Assembly (NCBI GenBank): GCA_947495795.1
Contig: CANMAI010000013.1
Span: 48,157 to 112,156, forward strand
DNA: 64,000 nt
Direction of reading: 5' to 3'
Source of the DNA: an uncultured Rhodobacteraceae bacterium
Lineage (GTDB): Bacteria; Pseudomonadota; Alphaproteobacteria; Rhodobacterales; Rhodobacteraceae
In this document: piece by piece, positions 47,142 to 56,646 of the stretch
Layout of the letters: every line of letters begins with the position of its first letter
How positions within the stretch are numbered: the first letter of the stretch is position 1
Position numbers and translations under genes: made by a program
The notes under the pieces: model-generated
The model's database searches: none
The model's input: only the letters and a program-made list of their open reading frames with translations
Told to the model about the DNA's origin: nothing

Positions 47142-49337
47142 TCACTTGCGCTTGCTTTTCCCCCGCACGACCCGTGTGCCTGCCTGGCCAGCCTTTGAGC
47201 GGCCCGCGGATTTCTGTGCATCCTCGACCGCCTGCTCAATGGCCGATTGCCGCGCCATCGGATCGTCGGCGACCGTGAGTTCCACCTCCTCGAGGCGTTT
47301 CACTTCATCGCGCAGGCGTGCGGCCTCTTCGAATTCGAGGTTCTCTGCAGCCTTGCGCATTTCGGTGCGCAGGGCATCGAGATGGGCCTGCAAGTTTGCA
47401 CCGATCATCGGTTTCTCGATGGTCGCGGTCACGCGGCTCATATCTGTGTCGGCCTTGAATGTACCTTCCAGAACATCCGAGACGTTCTTCTTGACGGTTT
47501 CCGGCGTGATATCGTGTTCGATATTGTAGGCTTCCTGTTTGGCGCGCCTGCGGTTCGTTTCTCCGATAGCCCGCTCCATCGAACCGGTGATCTTATCCGC
47601 ATACATGATCACCTTGCCATCCGCATTTCGCGCTGCGCGCCCTATCGTCTGCACAAGGGATGTTTCCGAGCGGAGGAAACCCTCTTTATCGGCATCGAGG
47701 ATCGCCACGAGCCCGCATTCCGGGATATCGAGGCCCTCGCGCAAGAGGTTGATACCGACGAGTACGTCGAACGCGCCGAGGCGGAGATCGCGCAGGATCT
47801 CGATACGCTCGATCGTATCAATATCTGAGTGCATATAGCGCACGCGGATACCCTGTTCGTGGAGGTAATCGGTAAGGTCTTCGGCCATCCGTTTGGTGAG
47901 CACGGTTGCCAGGACGCGGAGGCCAAGTTTGGCAACGCGGCGGATCTCGTCGAGGAGATCATCCACCTGGGATTCCACGGGGCGCACCTCTACCGGCGGA
48001 TCGAGAAGGCCGGTGGGGCGGATGACCTGTTCGGCAAAGACGCCGCTGGTTTGTTCAAGCTCCCAGGCTGACGGCGTGGCGGACACAAAGACGGATTGCG
48101 GGCGCATCGCGTCCCACTCCTCGAATTTGAGTGGGCGATTGTCCATGCAGGAGGGCAGCCGGAAACCGTGCTCTGCGAGCGTCATCTTCCGCCGGAAATC
48201 GCCCTTGTACATCCCGCCGATCTGGGGGACGGAGACGTGGCTCTCATCTGCGAAGACGATTGCGTTGTCGGGGATGTATTCGAAGAGGGTAGGGGGCGGC
48301 TCGCCGGGAGCGCGGCCCGTGAGGTAGCGGGAATAGTTCTCGATACCGTTGCAGGCACCGGTGGCCTCGATCATCTCGATGTCGAAGGTGGTGCGTTGCT
48401 CAAGGCGCTGCGCTTCAAGATGTTTACCTTCCTGCACAAGCTGGTCGAGGCGGAGCTTCAACTCTTTCTTGATATTGATAACTGCCTGCTGGAGCGTGGG
48501 GCGTGGAGTGACATAGTGGGAATTGGCGTAGATGCGCACTTTTTCGAGTTCAGCAGTCTTCTGGCCGGTGAGGGTGTCGAATTCCGTGATCCCCTCAAGC
48601 TCATCACCAAAGAACGAGAACCTCCAGCCGCGATCCTCAAGGTGGGCAGGCCAAACCTCGAGGCTATCGCCGCGCACGCGAAAACTGCCACGTTGGAAGG
48701 CGTTATCGTTCCGCTTGTATTGCTGGGTGACGAGATCGGCCATGATGGCGCGCTGATCGTAGGATTTGCCGGTTTCGATGCTCTGTGTCATCGCCGTATA
48801 GGTTTCCACCGAGCCGATACCGTAGATGCAGGAGACAGAGGCTACGATGATCACGTCATCCCGCTCCAGAAGCGAGCGGGTGGCGGAATGGCGCATCCTG
48901 TCAATCTGCTCGTTGATCTGGGCTTCTTTCTCGATATAGGTGTCGGAGCGGGGCACATAGGCTTCCGGTTGGTAATAATCGTAATAGCTGACGAAATATT
49001 CGACCGCGTTATCCGGGAAAAAACCTTTGAACTCGCCATAAAGCTGAGCCGCAAGCGTCTTGTTGGGCGCAAGAATGATGGCGGGGCGCTGCGTCTGCTC
49101 TATGATCTGGGCCATGGTGAATGTCTTGCCCGTTCCGGTGGCCCCGAGCAGAACCTGATTCTGCTCACCTTCGACGATGCCTTCCACAAGATCTGCAATC
49201 GCTGTTGGCTGATCTCCGGCTGGCTTGAATTCTGTTTTCATTGTCAGGCGCTTACCGCCATCCAACTTTTCAACCTTGCTGCGATCTTCCGCTACGAGTG
49301 GGGCTGTTTCGGACATCTCATTCTCCCTGTCCTTCAA
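47142..49337 (-). CDS. uvrB: excinuclease ABC subunit B
   Basis: Walker A GATGTGKT, helicase motifs ([12 protein letters not shown]), and a C-terminal UVR domain ([15 protein letters not shown]). Start could be the internal Met at 49316. Confidence 0.9.
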   Translation of the reverse strand: MKDRENEMSETAPLVAEDRSKVEKLDGGKRLTMKTEFKPAGDQPTAIADLVEGIVEGEQNQVLLGATGTGKTFTMAQIIEQTQRPAIILAPNKTLAAQLYGEFKGFFPDNAVEYFVSYYDYYQPEAYVPRSDTYIEKEAQINEQIDRMRHSATRSLLERDDVIIVASVSCIYGIGSVETYTAMTQSIETGKSYDQRAIMADLVTQQYKRNDNAFQRGSFRVRGDSLEVWPAHLEDRGWRFSFFGDELEGITEFDTLTGQKTAELEKVRIYANSHYVTPRPTLQQAVINIKKELKLRLDQLVQEGKHLEAQRLEQRTTFDIEMIEATGACNGIENYSRYLTGRAPGEPPPTLFEYIPDNAIVFADESHVSVPQIGGMYKGDFRRKMTLAEHGFRLPSCMDNRPLKFEEWDAMRPQSVFVSATPSAWELEQTSGVFAEQVIRPTGLLDPPVEVRPVESQVDDLLDEIRRVAKLGLRVLATVLTKRMAEDLTDYLHEQGIRVRYMHSDIDTIERIEILRDLRLGAFDVLVGINLLREGLDIPECGLVAILDADKEGFLRSETSLVQTIGRAARNADGKVIMYADKITGSMERAIGETNRRRAKQEAYNIEHDITPETVKKNVSDVLEGTFKADTDMSRVTATIEKPMIGANLQAHLDALRTEMRKAAENLEFEEAARLRDEVKRLEEVELTVADDPMARQSAIEQAVEDAQKSAGRSKAGQAGTRVVRGKSKRK

Positions 49338-49653
49338 CTAGGTGATCAGGTGCGGTGGAATTTCAAGGTTAATAAATAGTTAAAACCATAGGTTGCGAAC
49401 TTGAAATAAAACTCCTCTTTTTAGAGAATAAACTGTTGTGATTGGAATATGTCCGCGCTACCAAAGACAGGCAAGCAGCAAGACCGTCGTCATCCGGGTG
49501 CAACACCACCCACCCCACCCCTCACTCCCTTGCACCCGGCTGACGACATCTTTCCTCAAAATCGGCGTTCTTACGCAACAGCTCTTGGCGCACGGGGCTT
49601 GCGCAGATGCTCCACTTCTCCGATAACTTGGCCAAACATCCTCGGAGCAGCAG

Positions 49654-49965
49654 ATGATCGCACGTATTTTTCAACCCGCAAAAACGGCTATGCAATCCGG
49701 GCAGGCCAAAACGGACACATGGGTGCTTGAGTTTGTGCCAAGCGAGAGCCGCAGTGTGGATCCGTTGATGGGGTGGACAAGCTCTGGCGATACGCAAACG
49801 CAGGTGCGGCTGAGCTTTGACACAAAGGACGCGGCGATTGCCTATGCCGAGCGAAACGGAATTGAGCACCGCGTGGCCGAGCCCAAAAAACGCAAGCACA
49901 TCATCCGCCCCGGAGGATATGGCGACAATTTCGCCCACAACCGGCGCGCGGCCTGGACGCATTGA
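49654..49965 (+). CDS. ETC complex I subunit conserved region protein (NDUFS4-like)
   Basis: ARIFQPAKTAMQSGQAKTDTWVLEF ... GWTSSGDTQTQVRLSFDTKDAAIAYAERNG matches the NDUFS4/AQDQ-like domain. Confidence 0.7.
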   Translation: MIARIFQPAKTAMQSGQAKTDTWVLEFVPSESRSVDPLMGWTSSGDTQTQVRLSFDTKDAAIAYAERNGIEHRVAEPKKRKHIIRPGGYGDNFAHNRRAAWTH

Positions 49966-50011
49966 GTGCGGGCGCACCGCGTATACGTGCCTGATTTCGT
50001 GCTGAGGTGAC

Positions 50012-51286
50012 ATGAAACTTGTTCTTCATATCGGAACGGAGAAAACGGGCACGACCTCTTTTCAGGTATGGGTGCAGGACAATCGTGACATTCTGCGCTC
50101 TGAAGGTGTGTGGCCCGCGCAAACCCTGAATGTGCCGAACAATGTGGCGCTTCCGGTGTTTGCACGGGATGCGGATAAACGGGAAGACAGTTTTCTCCAT
50201 TTCGGAATTGAAAGCGAAGAAGATCACGCCGCTTTTCGTGCGAAGGTGCGGGTAGATCTGCTAGCCGATATCGCGGAAGCGCGGGAAGCGGGTATGCGGA
50301 TTTTTCTCATAAGCAGTGAACAGCTGCAAAGCAGGCTTTTCACACTGCAGATGGTGGAGCGGGTCGCCAAACTGTTGAAGCCGCAATTTGAAGAGATTTC
50401 GGTGATCTGCTTCCTGCGTCCGCAGGTGGATACGGCGATTTCCCTTTCCTCAACCGGTTCCCGGGTTGGATTGAAAATCCAGCACCAGCAATTCGAGATG
50501 CTCGATGCGAAGGGCCACTACTATAATTTTAAAGGGCTTCTGGATCGTTGGGCATCAGCTTTTGGCAAAGACAATGTGTTGCCGGTGCCGTTCAAGCGGA
50601 ACAAAAACAGCGTTGCGTTCTTTCGGGAATTCATGGGCCTGACGCGGGAGGACTATGCGCCCGAGCAGCGCATGAACACAGCTCTGGATTACCGGGCGAT
50701 TGCGTTGACCAATCAGATTCGTATGACGCGGTTTCTGGAAAATGGCCGGATAAACCCGAACAGGCAGTTTTACGTGGAAGACCTTCCGTTCGACAAGCCC
50801 CTGACCCTCAGCAGGGATTTTGCCATCGGCGTGCATGAGCGGTTTGTTGAGATGAACCGCGAACTATCAGAGATTTGGCCTCAGATTACCGAGCGTGACC
50901 TGACACCCGATTGGGACAGATACCCCGAGGTTGGAACGCTGGATCTTATCGATGATTGTGATCTAGGACCAACTCTTCAATTTGTCGTGCAGCGTTTTAA
51001 TGCCGACCTGCATCTGGCGCGGGCGCAAATTGATTATTTCAAGGCCCGAGCCCTTCAGAAAGATGGCGCATTGAAACGCGCGGAGCGGCTGCTGAAACAG
51101 GGCCGCGACAAGCTTGACAATGCCGCCTGTTTCGAGCCGGCAGCTGAACGGGCTGCTGAACTTGGCAGGGAGTTTGATCGGGCGACGGACAAAAACCGGG
51201 AACTTGAACTGGCGCAGAGAGCAGCGAAGAAGCCCAAACAAAAACCTCTTCGCCAGCGTCTGCAAAGTTTGCTGACGGGCAGATAG
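50012..51286 (+). CDS. sulfotransferase-like protein (P-loop-like PAPS motif), low-GC gene
   Basis: N-terminal LVLHIGTEKTGTTSFQ resembles the 5'-PSB motif (PKTGTT) and FLRPQVDTAISLSS resembles the 3'-PB motif. C-terminal coiled-coil. GC is lower than its neighbours by eye. Confidence 0.4.
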   Translation: MKLVLHIGTEKTGTTSFQVWVQDNRDILRSEGVWPAQTLNVPNNVALPVFARDADKREDSFLHFGIESEEDHAAFRAKVRVDLLADIAEAREAGMRIFLISSEQLQSRLFTLQMVERVAKLLKPQFEEISVICFLRPQVDTAISLSSTGSRVGLKIQHQQFEMLDAKGHYYNFKGLLDRWASAFGKDNVLPVPFKRNKNSVAFFREFMGLTREDYAPEQRMNTALDYRAIALTNQIRMTRFLENGRINPNRQFYVEDLPFDKPLTLSRDFAIGVHERFVEMNRELSEIWPQITERDLTPDWDRYPEVGTLDLIDDCDLGPTLQFVVQRFNADLHLARAQIDYFKARALQKDGALKRAERLLKQGRDKLDNAACFEPAAERAAELGREFDRATDKNRELELAQRAAKKPKQKPLRQRLQSLLTGR

Positions 51287-51321
51287 CTGCACGGGCCTAT
51301 CCGCCGTTTGTGATGCCTTGC

Positions 51322-52065
51322 TTACCGGCCGCTTGGTGCGAGTGTGAGTGTATAGGCTTCAATCTCACCCAGCGCTGCTTCCGCGGCTGGAACATCCTGC
51401 ACCTCTATTGCATGCGCCAGCGCTTCATGGCTCGCGCAGATTTCCGCCCTGTCTCGTGCGCGGTAGGTGATCATGTTCATCAGGGGTTGCATGGCTGAAA
51501 CCGCGGAGCTGGCGTTGAGAGTGAGAAGGGGATTGCCACTGGCGGATATCAGGGTGCGGTGGAAGATCACATCTGAGGCGCAGAACTGTTCATCAGTAAG
51601 CGTATCGCTTTTCTGGCGTGCGATCTCTGCTTTCAATCTGGCGATATCCTCTTCCGTCCGGTTTTGGACTGCAAGAGCAAGGGTCGCGCGTTCCAGCGCG
51701 AAACGGCCCTTGCTGGCTGTGGCGAAATCGACGGCATGCAGCGTGATCATCAGAGTGGTGTTGGTTACCATCTGTGCCTCGGCCTCCTCCCAGGACATCC
51801 GGTTCACGAAGGCGCCGCCGGTTACACCGCGTGTGGTGCGGATAAGGTTTTGTGCGGCCAGTCTTTTGAGGGCCTCGCGGATGGTTGGGCGCGAGACGTT
51901 GAACTTTATGGCGAGATCCGCCTCGGACGGCAGCCGGGTATCCACCCGCAGAGTGCCCTCGACGATCGCGCTTTGAATGGCATCTGCAATCTGGGGTGCA
52001 AGGCTTTTGGAAGGATCGGGCTTGATAGAGACTTTCATGGCCGCACCTTGCCAATTGTCTGACAT
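51322..52065 (-). CDS. GntR-family (FadR/FCD subfamily) transcriptional regulator
   Basis: N-terminal wHTH (LPSEADLAIKFNVSRPTIREALKRL) plus a C-terminal all-helical FCD domain. Start may be the internal Met at 52038. Confidence 0.75.
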   Translation of the reverse strand: MSDNWQGAAMKVSIKPDPSKSLAPQIADAIQSAIVEGTLRVDTRLPSEADLAIKFNVSRPTIREALKRLAAQNLIRTTRGVTGGAFVNRMSWEEAEAQMVTNTTLMITLHAVDFATASKGRFALERATLALAVQNRTEEDIARLKAEIARQKSDTLTDEQFCASDVIFHRTLISASGNPLLTLNASSAVSAMQPLMNMITYRARDRAEICASHEALAHAIEVQDVPAAEAALGEIEAYTLTLAPSGR

Positions 52066-52123
52066 TTTTCCAATTGACTTTTCGCAGGGATTTGAGACGG
52101 TTCGCTCATTCTCTGGAGATCAC

Positions 52124-52993
52124 ATGCACGCAACGGTTTTTCCTTTTCGCTCTTTCGCCTGGCTTGCCTTTTTTGGCCTGATCCTGGGCGCATGGTGGAT
52201 TATGTATGCCATGGCGATGGATATGGGAATGACCCTGACGGGCGGCATGTCGATGCCTGTTGCCGGAGAAATGCAATCGCCGATGGGCGAGGATAAGGCG
52301 ATGCCTGCGCCGGATGGGATGGATATGCCTGCCGCCGCTGCTCCGATGATGGATGCCATGTCCATGGATGGAATGCCGATGATGCAAGGCATGACATCCT
52401 TGGGAGTGCTGATCCCGATGTGGATGATCATGATGGCGGCCATGATGGGGCCGACCTTTGTGCCCACGGCGCGAACCTATGAGGATCTGATCGGAACGGG
52501 CGTTGGCACGCGCGCGGGCTTTCTGGGGCTGATCAGTGGGTATCTCGGTGTTTGGTTCGGCTTCGGCGCGGCTATCGCGCTGGCTCATGCGGCATTTTTG
52601 CGGCTCGATCTGCTCAACGCCATGGGGGCCAGCCAATCAATACTCTTTTCGGCCCTTCTGTTGGCGGCTGCAGGAATTTTCCAGTTTACCGCCACCAAGG
52701 ATAGGTGCCTTGAGTATTGCCGCAGCCCGATGATCCATTTCATGGCCCGATGGCGAAACGGATTTGGTGGCGGTGCCTGGATGGGCGGGCGGATAGGCCT
52801 TTACTGCATTGCCTGTTGCTGGGCGATCATGTCGCTGGGGTTTGTAGGCGGGGCGATGAACCTTCTCTGGATGGGGATTGCCACGCTTATCATGACACTG
52901 GAGAAACTGCCCGATATCGGACGCTGGATGACGCGGCCTTTGGGGGCTGCCTTCCTCGGTGCGGCGCTCTGGCATATAACGAAACTGCTTTAG
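52124..52993 (+). CDS. DUF2182 integral membrane protein with a Met-rich insert
   Basis: Polytopic membrane protein. Residues about 25-85 read MDMGMTLTGGMSMPVAGEMQSPMGEDKAMPAPDGMDMPAAAAPMMDAMSMDGMPMMQGMT, roughly 18 Met in 60 aa with MxM/MxxM spacing. RBS GGAG before ATG 52124. Confidence 0.65.
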   Translation: MHATVFPFRSFAWLAFFGLILGAWWIMYAMAMDMGMTLTGGMSMPVAGEMQSPMGEDKAMPAPDGMDMPAAAAPMMDAMSMDGMPMMQGMTSLGVLIPMWMIMMAAMMGPTFVPTARTYEDLIGTGVGTRAGFLGLISGYLGVWFGFGAAIALAHAAFLRLDLLNAMGASQSILFSALLLAAAGIFQFTATKDRCLEYCRSPMIHFMARWRNGFGGGAWMGGRIGLYCIACCWAIMSLGFVGGAMNLLWMGIATLIMTLEKLPDIGRWMTRPLGAAFLGAALWHITKLL

Positions 52994-53002
52994 GGAGAAC
53001 GG

Positions 53003-53689
53003 GTGATGGCTGAGAAACTGAATGCGCCTGAGAAGATCGACAGCCGCTTGCCGGGTACGCGCCCTGAACCGCAACCGGATGTGGAATGGACGATGAAGGG
53101 GGAGCTGTTTCTGAACTGCTCCTGCACGGTTTTCTGCCCCTGCGTGGTGAGCCTTGGGGCGCATCCTCCGACAGAAGGGCATTGCCATGCCTGGATGGCG
53201 ATTATCATCGATGAGGGCAATTACGGGTCGGAGGATCTTTCGGGGCTGAGCATCGGCTTGCTTGTGGATATTCCGGGCCGGATGGGCGAGGGCAACTGGA
53301 AGGTTGGCCTCTATGTGGATGAGAACGCGAGCCATGTGGCGTTTGACGGGATCGCGCAAATCCTCTCTGGCAAGGCGGGTGGCACCACGGGGCTTCTCTC
53401 CATGTTGGTGAGCGAAGTGATCGGGGCTGAGCGGGCACCGGTGATCATCGAGCGCGACGGGCACAAACGGCGGATCATGATCGGCAAGAAGATACAGGGC
53501 GAGATCGAGCATGTGCTGGGCCATGAAGATCAGCCGGTGGTGGTGAAAAACACACGCTACTGGATGGGGCCGGATATCTTTGTGGCGCGCGGCACAAAGA
53601 GCCGTGTGCGAGACAAGGGCCGGGTGTGGGATTTCAGCGGCAAGTCTGCGGAGATCTGCCCGATTGATTGGCACGGGCCGGGCAAATAG
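53003..53689 (+). CDS. DUF1326 domain protein (Cys/His-rich, partner of DUF2182)
   Basis: NCSCTVFCPCV and EGHCHAWM Cys/His clusters. Sits 10 nt downstream of the DUF2182 gene. Confidence 0.65.
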   Translation: MMAEKLNAPEKIDSRLPGTRPEPQPDVEWTMKGELFLNCSCTVFCPCVVSLGAHPPTEGHCHAWMAIIIDEGNYGSEDLSGLSIGLLVDIPGRMGEGNWKVGLYVDENASHVAFDGIAQILSGKAGGTTGLLSMLVSEVIGAERAPVIIERDGHKRRIMIGKKIQGEIEHVLGHEDQPVVVKNTRYWMGPDIFVARGTKSRVRDKGRVWDFSGKSAEICPIDWHGPGK

Positions 53690-53699
53690 GAGAGAGAAA

Positions 53700-54692
53700 A
53701 TGAGCTTCAATGCACTGATCGTCGAGAAGGACGATGAGGGGAAAACCTCTGCATCTGTGCAGCAGATCACCGAAGATCGCCTGCCTGAGGGCGAGGTGAC
53801 CGTTGCGGTTGAGTATTCGACCGTGAACTACAAGGACGGGCTCTGCATCGGCCCTGGTGGCGGGCTGGTGCGGAATTATCCACATGTGCCAGGCATTGAT
53901 TTTGCCGGTATCGTAGAGGCATCCGATGATGCACGCTACAAGCCCGGCGACAAGGTGGTTTTGACGGGTTGGCGCGTGGGCGAGGCGCATTGGGGCGGCT
54001 ATGCCGAGAAGGCGCGGGTAAAGGCCGATTGGCTGGTACCGCTGCCCGAGGGACTGACAACGCGGCAGGCCATGGCGGTTGGCACCGCCGGATTTACCTC
54101 GATGCTTGCTGTGATGGCCCTGGAAGATCACGGGATGAAGCCGGGGCAGGGGCCTGTTCTTGTAACGGGTGCTGCTGGCGGCGTCGGCTCCGTTGCCACG
54201 GCCATTCTGGCGGCCAAGGGTTTTGAGGTGGCCGGTGTTACGGGGCGGCCTGAGAGCGCAGATTACCTCAAAAATCTCGGGGCGAGCCAGATCGTGGCGC
54301 GCGAGGAGATCAACGAAACGGTCAAGCGCCCGCTTGAGAGCGAGAACTGGGCAGGTTGTGTGGATGCAGTGGGCGGGGCGATGCTTGCACGGGTTCTCGG
54401 CCAGATGAAATACGGAGCATCGGTCGCGGCTGTTGGGCTTGCGGGCGGTGCCGGGCTTCCGGCCACCGTTATTCCGTTCCTTCTGCGCGGCGTGAACCTT
54501 CTCGGTATCGATAGCGTAATGCAGCCTTACGAGAACCGGGTGCGAGCATGGGGCGAAATAGCCAAGCACCTGCCAATGGACAAGCTTGAAGCGATGATAC
54601 AGCCCGCAACGCTTGGCGATTTACCGGCACTCGGAAAAGACATTCTGAAAGGGCAGGTGCAGGGCCGTGTGGTCGTGAATGTGAAGGACTGA
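53700..54692 (+). CDS. acuI: MDR-family acrylyl-CoA reductase (YhdH/AcuI)
   Basis: N-terminus MSFNALIVEKDDEGKTSASVQQITEDRLPEGEVTVAVEYSTVNYKDGL closely parallels E. coli YhdH. NAD(P) motif GAAGGVGS. Start taken at ATG 53700 inside the track ORF 53580-54692. Confidence 0.8.
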   Translation: MSFNALIVEKDDEGKTSASVQQITEDRLPEGEVTVAVEYSTVNYKDGLCIGPGGGLVRNYPHVPGIDFAGIVEASDDARYKPGDKVVLTGWRVGEAHWGGYAEKARVKADWLVPLPEGLTTRQAMAVGTAGFTSMLAVMALEDHGMKPGQGPVLVTGAAGGVGSVATAILAAKGFEVAGVTGRPESADYLKNLGASQIVAREEINETVKRPLESENWAGCVDAVGGAMLARVLGQMKYGASVAAVGLAGGAGLPATVIPFLLRGVNLLGIDSVMQPYENRVRAWGEIAKHLPMDKLEAMIQPATLGDLPALGKDILKGQVQGRVVVNVKD

Positions 54693-54715
54693 TTTCCCAC
54701 CCGGCAGGGCAGGCA

Positions 54716-54735
54716 GGGGGCGGACTCCGCCCCTT
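54716..54735 (+). terminator. rho-independent terminator after acuI
   Basis: ggggcgg-act-ccgcccc (7-bp stem, 3-nt loop) followed by ttct. Confidence 0.45.
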
Positions 54736-54878
54736 CTGCACGCCTTAAATGTAAGACAATTTGGCCATACCCGGCGAATCTTGACTGAATTGTGTCGCTT
54801 TACATTAGGTGATACGGCCATCCTCCCCTACACTTGCTGCCATAATTAATAAAAAGCAGTTCTGCTAGGGAGACTATA

Positions 54879-56573
54879 ATGGCCATACAACCGCCAATGA
54901 CGGACCTGCCGATAAAAACCGCTGATAGCGGTTTTTATCGTGGGTTCAGCAAGGACGTGACTATTTCAGCTAAGTTTCTGATCGGAGGGCTCGTTATTTG
55001 GGCCGTTGCTTTTCCGGATCAGGCAGGGACTATTTTGAATGCTTTTAATTCATTTATCCTCTCAAATTTTGCCAGTTGGTACATCTGGGTTATCGCCCTT
55101 TTCGTGATGGTATGTGTCGGTCTGTCGCTTTGGCCTGCGGCCGGGCGGCTGAACCTTGGGCAGCCGGGTGACAAGCCCGAGTTTTCCAATTTTTCCTGGT
55201 TTTCGATGATGTTTGGGGCGGGGATCGGTGTCGGCATGCTTACATGGGCCGTAGCCGAGCCTGTCTATCATTTCGGGAATAACCCGGAGGTTATTCAGGG
55301 GCTGGCAACGGGCGGTGCGGAAGACAATATCCGAAACGCCTACAAGTGGTCGTTCCTGCATTGGGGCTTCGGGGCTTGGGCCAGTTATGCAATTGCGGGC
55401 CTCGCGCTCGCCTTCTTCAGCTATCGCCGTGGCCTGCCGCTGACGATCCGCTCTTCACTGACACCTCTGTTCGGCAAGGCGCTTTCTGGGCCCTTCGGCC
55501 ATGTGATTGATGTGGTGGCCGTGGTCGCTACGATCCTTGGCGTGGCGCAAACATTGGGCTTTGGTGTGGAACAGTTTGTCTCCGGTCTCGCGCGTATTGG
55601 TATCGGAGGATTGACCCATGCCGAGGGCACTGTGAATGGCGATGGGGATAGCATCGCCGGAACCGCCAACTCGCTTGGGATCATCGTTGCGATCGTGATC
55701 ATCATGGGCGCTTCCACGCTTTCGGCTCTTTCCGGTGTCGGCAAGGGCATCAAGTGGCTGTCCAACATCAACATGGTACTGAGCATCTTCCTGCTCACAT
55801 TCTTCCTTCTCTTCGGCTCCACGTGGTTCGGACTGACAGCACTGGTGGTTGGGATTTGGGACTATGTGATCGCCTTCCCGGGCATGATGTTCCGTGTATG
55901 GCGGCCTGATGGTGTTGAAGGCAGTGTGGCTACTCAACTCGCAGGTTGGCAGGGCGGCTGGTCCGTCTTCTACTGGGCATGGTGGGTTGCGTTCGCACCG
56001 TTTGTCGGCCTTTTCCTTGCGCGTATATCCAGAGGCCGCACCGTGCGGGAATTCGTGCTGGGTGCCATGATCGTGCCGTCGCTGATGTGCTTTGTCTGGT
56101 TCACTTGGGCTGGCGGAACTGCGATCGATCTGGAGTTGAATGGTGGGGCCAATGGTATCATCAATGCAGCCCCCGACGGCGATAAGATCTTCGCGATGAC
56201 GGAGTTCATGCTGTCGCCCCTTCTGGGCTGGCTGATGGCCGTGCTGATCGTGGTGTTGCTTATGACCTATCTTGTAACCTCTGCCGATAGTGCGGTGCTG
56301 ATCGTGAACACGATCAACGCGGCGGGTGATGAGGGACCAAAGGCGCGCCCGCATATCATCTTCTGGGGTGTTGCTCTGGGAGCGGTGGTTGCAGCCTTGC
56401 TCCTTGTGGGCGGCCTCAAGGCCATTCAGACAGCGATGGTCATCGGGGCTTTGCCATTCTCACTTGTGATGGTGCTGATGTGCGTCGCGCTGGTGAAGGC
56501 GATCTATAATGATGGCAGGCGGGAGGCGCTCGGTGTCTCAACAGGCGCATCACAGGTTGAACCCGCTGAATAG
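54879..56573 (+). CDS. BCCT-family (betaine/carnitine/choline) transporter
   Basis: 564-aa 12-TM protein carrying the BCCT Trp-rich signature region (WSVFYWAWWVAFAPFVGLFLARISRGRT). Confidence 0.8.
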   Translation: MAIQPPMTDLPIKTADSGFYRGFSKDVTISAKFLIGGLVIWAVAFPDQAGTILNAFNSFILSNFASWYIWVIALFVMVCVGLSLWPAAGRLNLGQPGDKPEFSNFSWFSMMFGAGIGVGMLTWAVAEPVYHFGNNPEVIQGLATGGAEDNIRNAYKWSFLHWGFGAWASYAIAGLALAFFSYRRGLPLTIRSSLTPLFGKALSGPFGHVIDVVAVVATILGVAQTLGFGVEQFVSGLARIGIGGLTHAEGTVNGDGDSIAGTANSLGIIVAIVIIMGASTLSALSGVGKGIKWLSNINMVLSIFLLTFFLLFGSTWFGLTALVVGIWDYVIAFPGMMFRVWRPDGVEGSVATQLAGWQGGWSVFYWAWWVAFAPFVGLFLARISRGRTVREFVLGAMIVPSLMCFVWFTWAGGTAIDLELNGGANGIINAAPDGDKIFAMTEFMLSPLLGWLMAVLIVVLLMTYLVTSADSAVLIVNTINAAGDEGPKARPHIIFWGVALGAVVAALLLVGGLKAIQTAMVIGALPFSLVMVLMCVALVKAIYNDGRREALGVSTGASQVEPAE

Positions 56574-56646
56574 GCTGGCCTGATCGCGGCCTTAATGCAA
56601 AACTGAAACCCCGGCGCTTTGCCGGGGTTTCTTTTTGGATAACCGC

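Noticed and set aside
48096-49379. 427-aa plus ORF antisense to uvrB
   Set aside because: uvrB identity on the minus strand is unambiguous.
49380-49420. Possible alphaproteobacterial LexA box (GAAC-N7-GAAC) upstream of uvrB
   Set aside because: The best candidate, gcGAACttgaaatAAAAC, has a degenerate second half-site, and the GTTC-N7-GTTC form is not matched either. Insufficient to call.
52637-53770. 377-aa minus ORF antisense to the DUF2182/DUF1326/acuI genes
   Set aside because: Low-complexity shadow ORF across three plus-strand genes.
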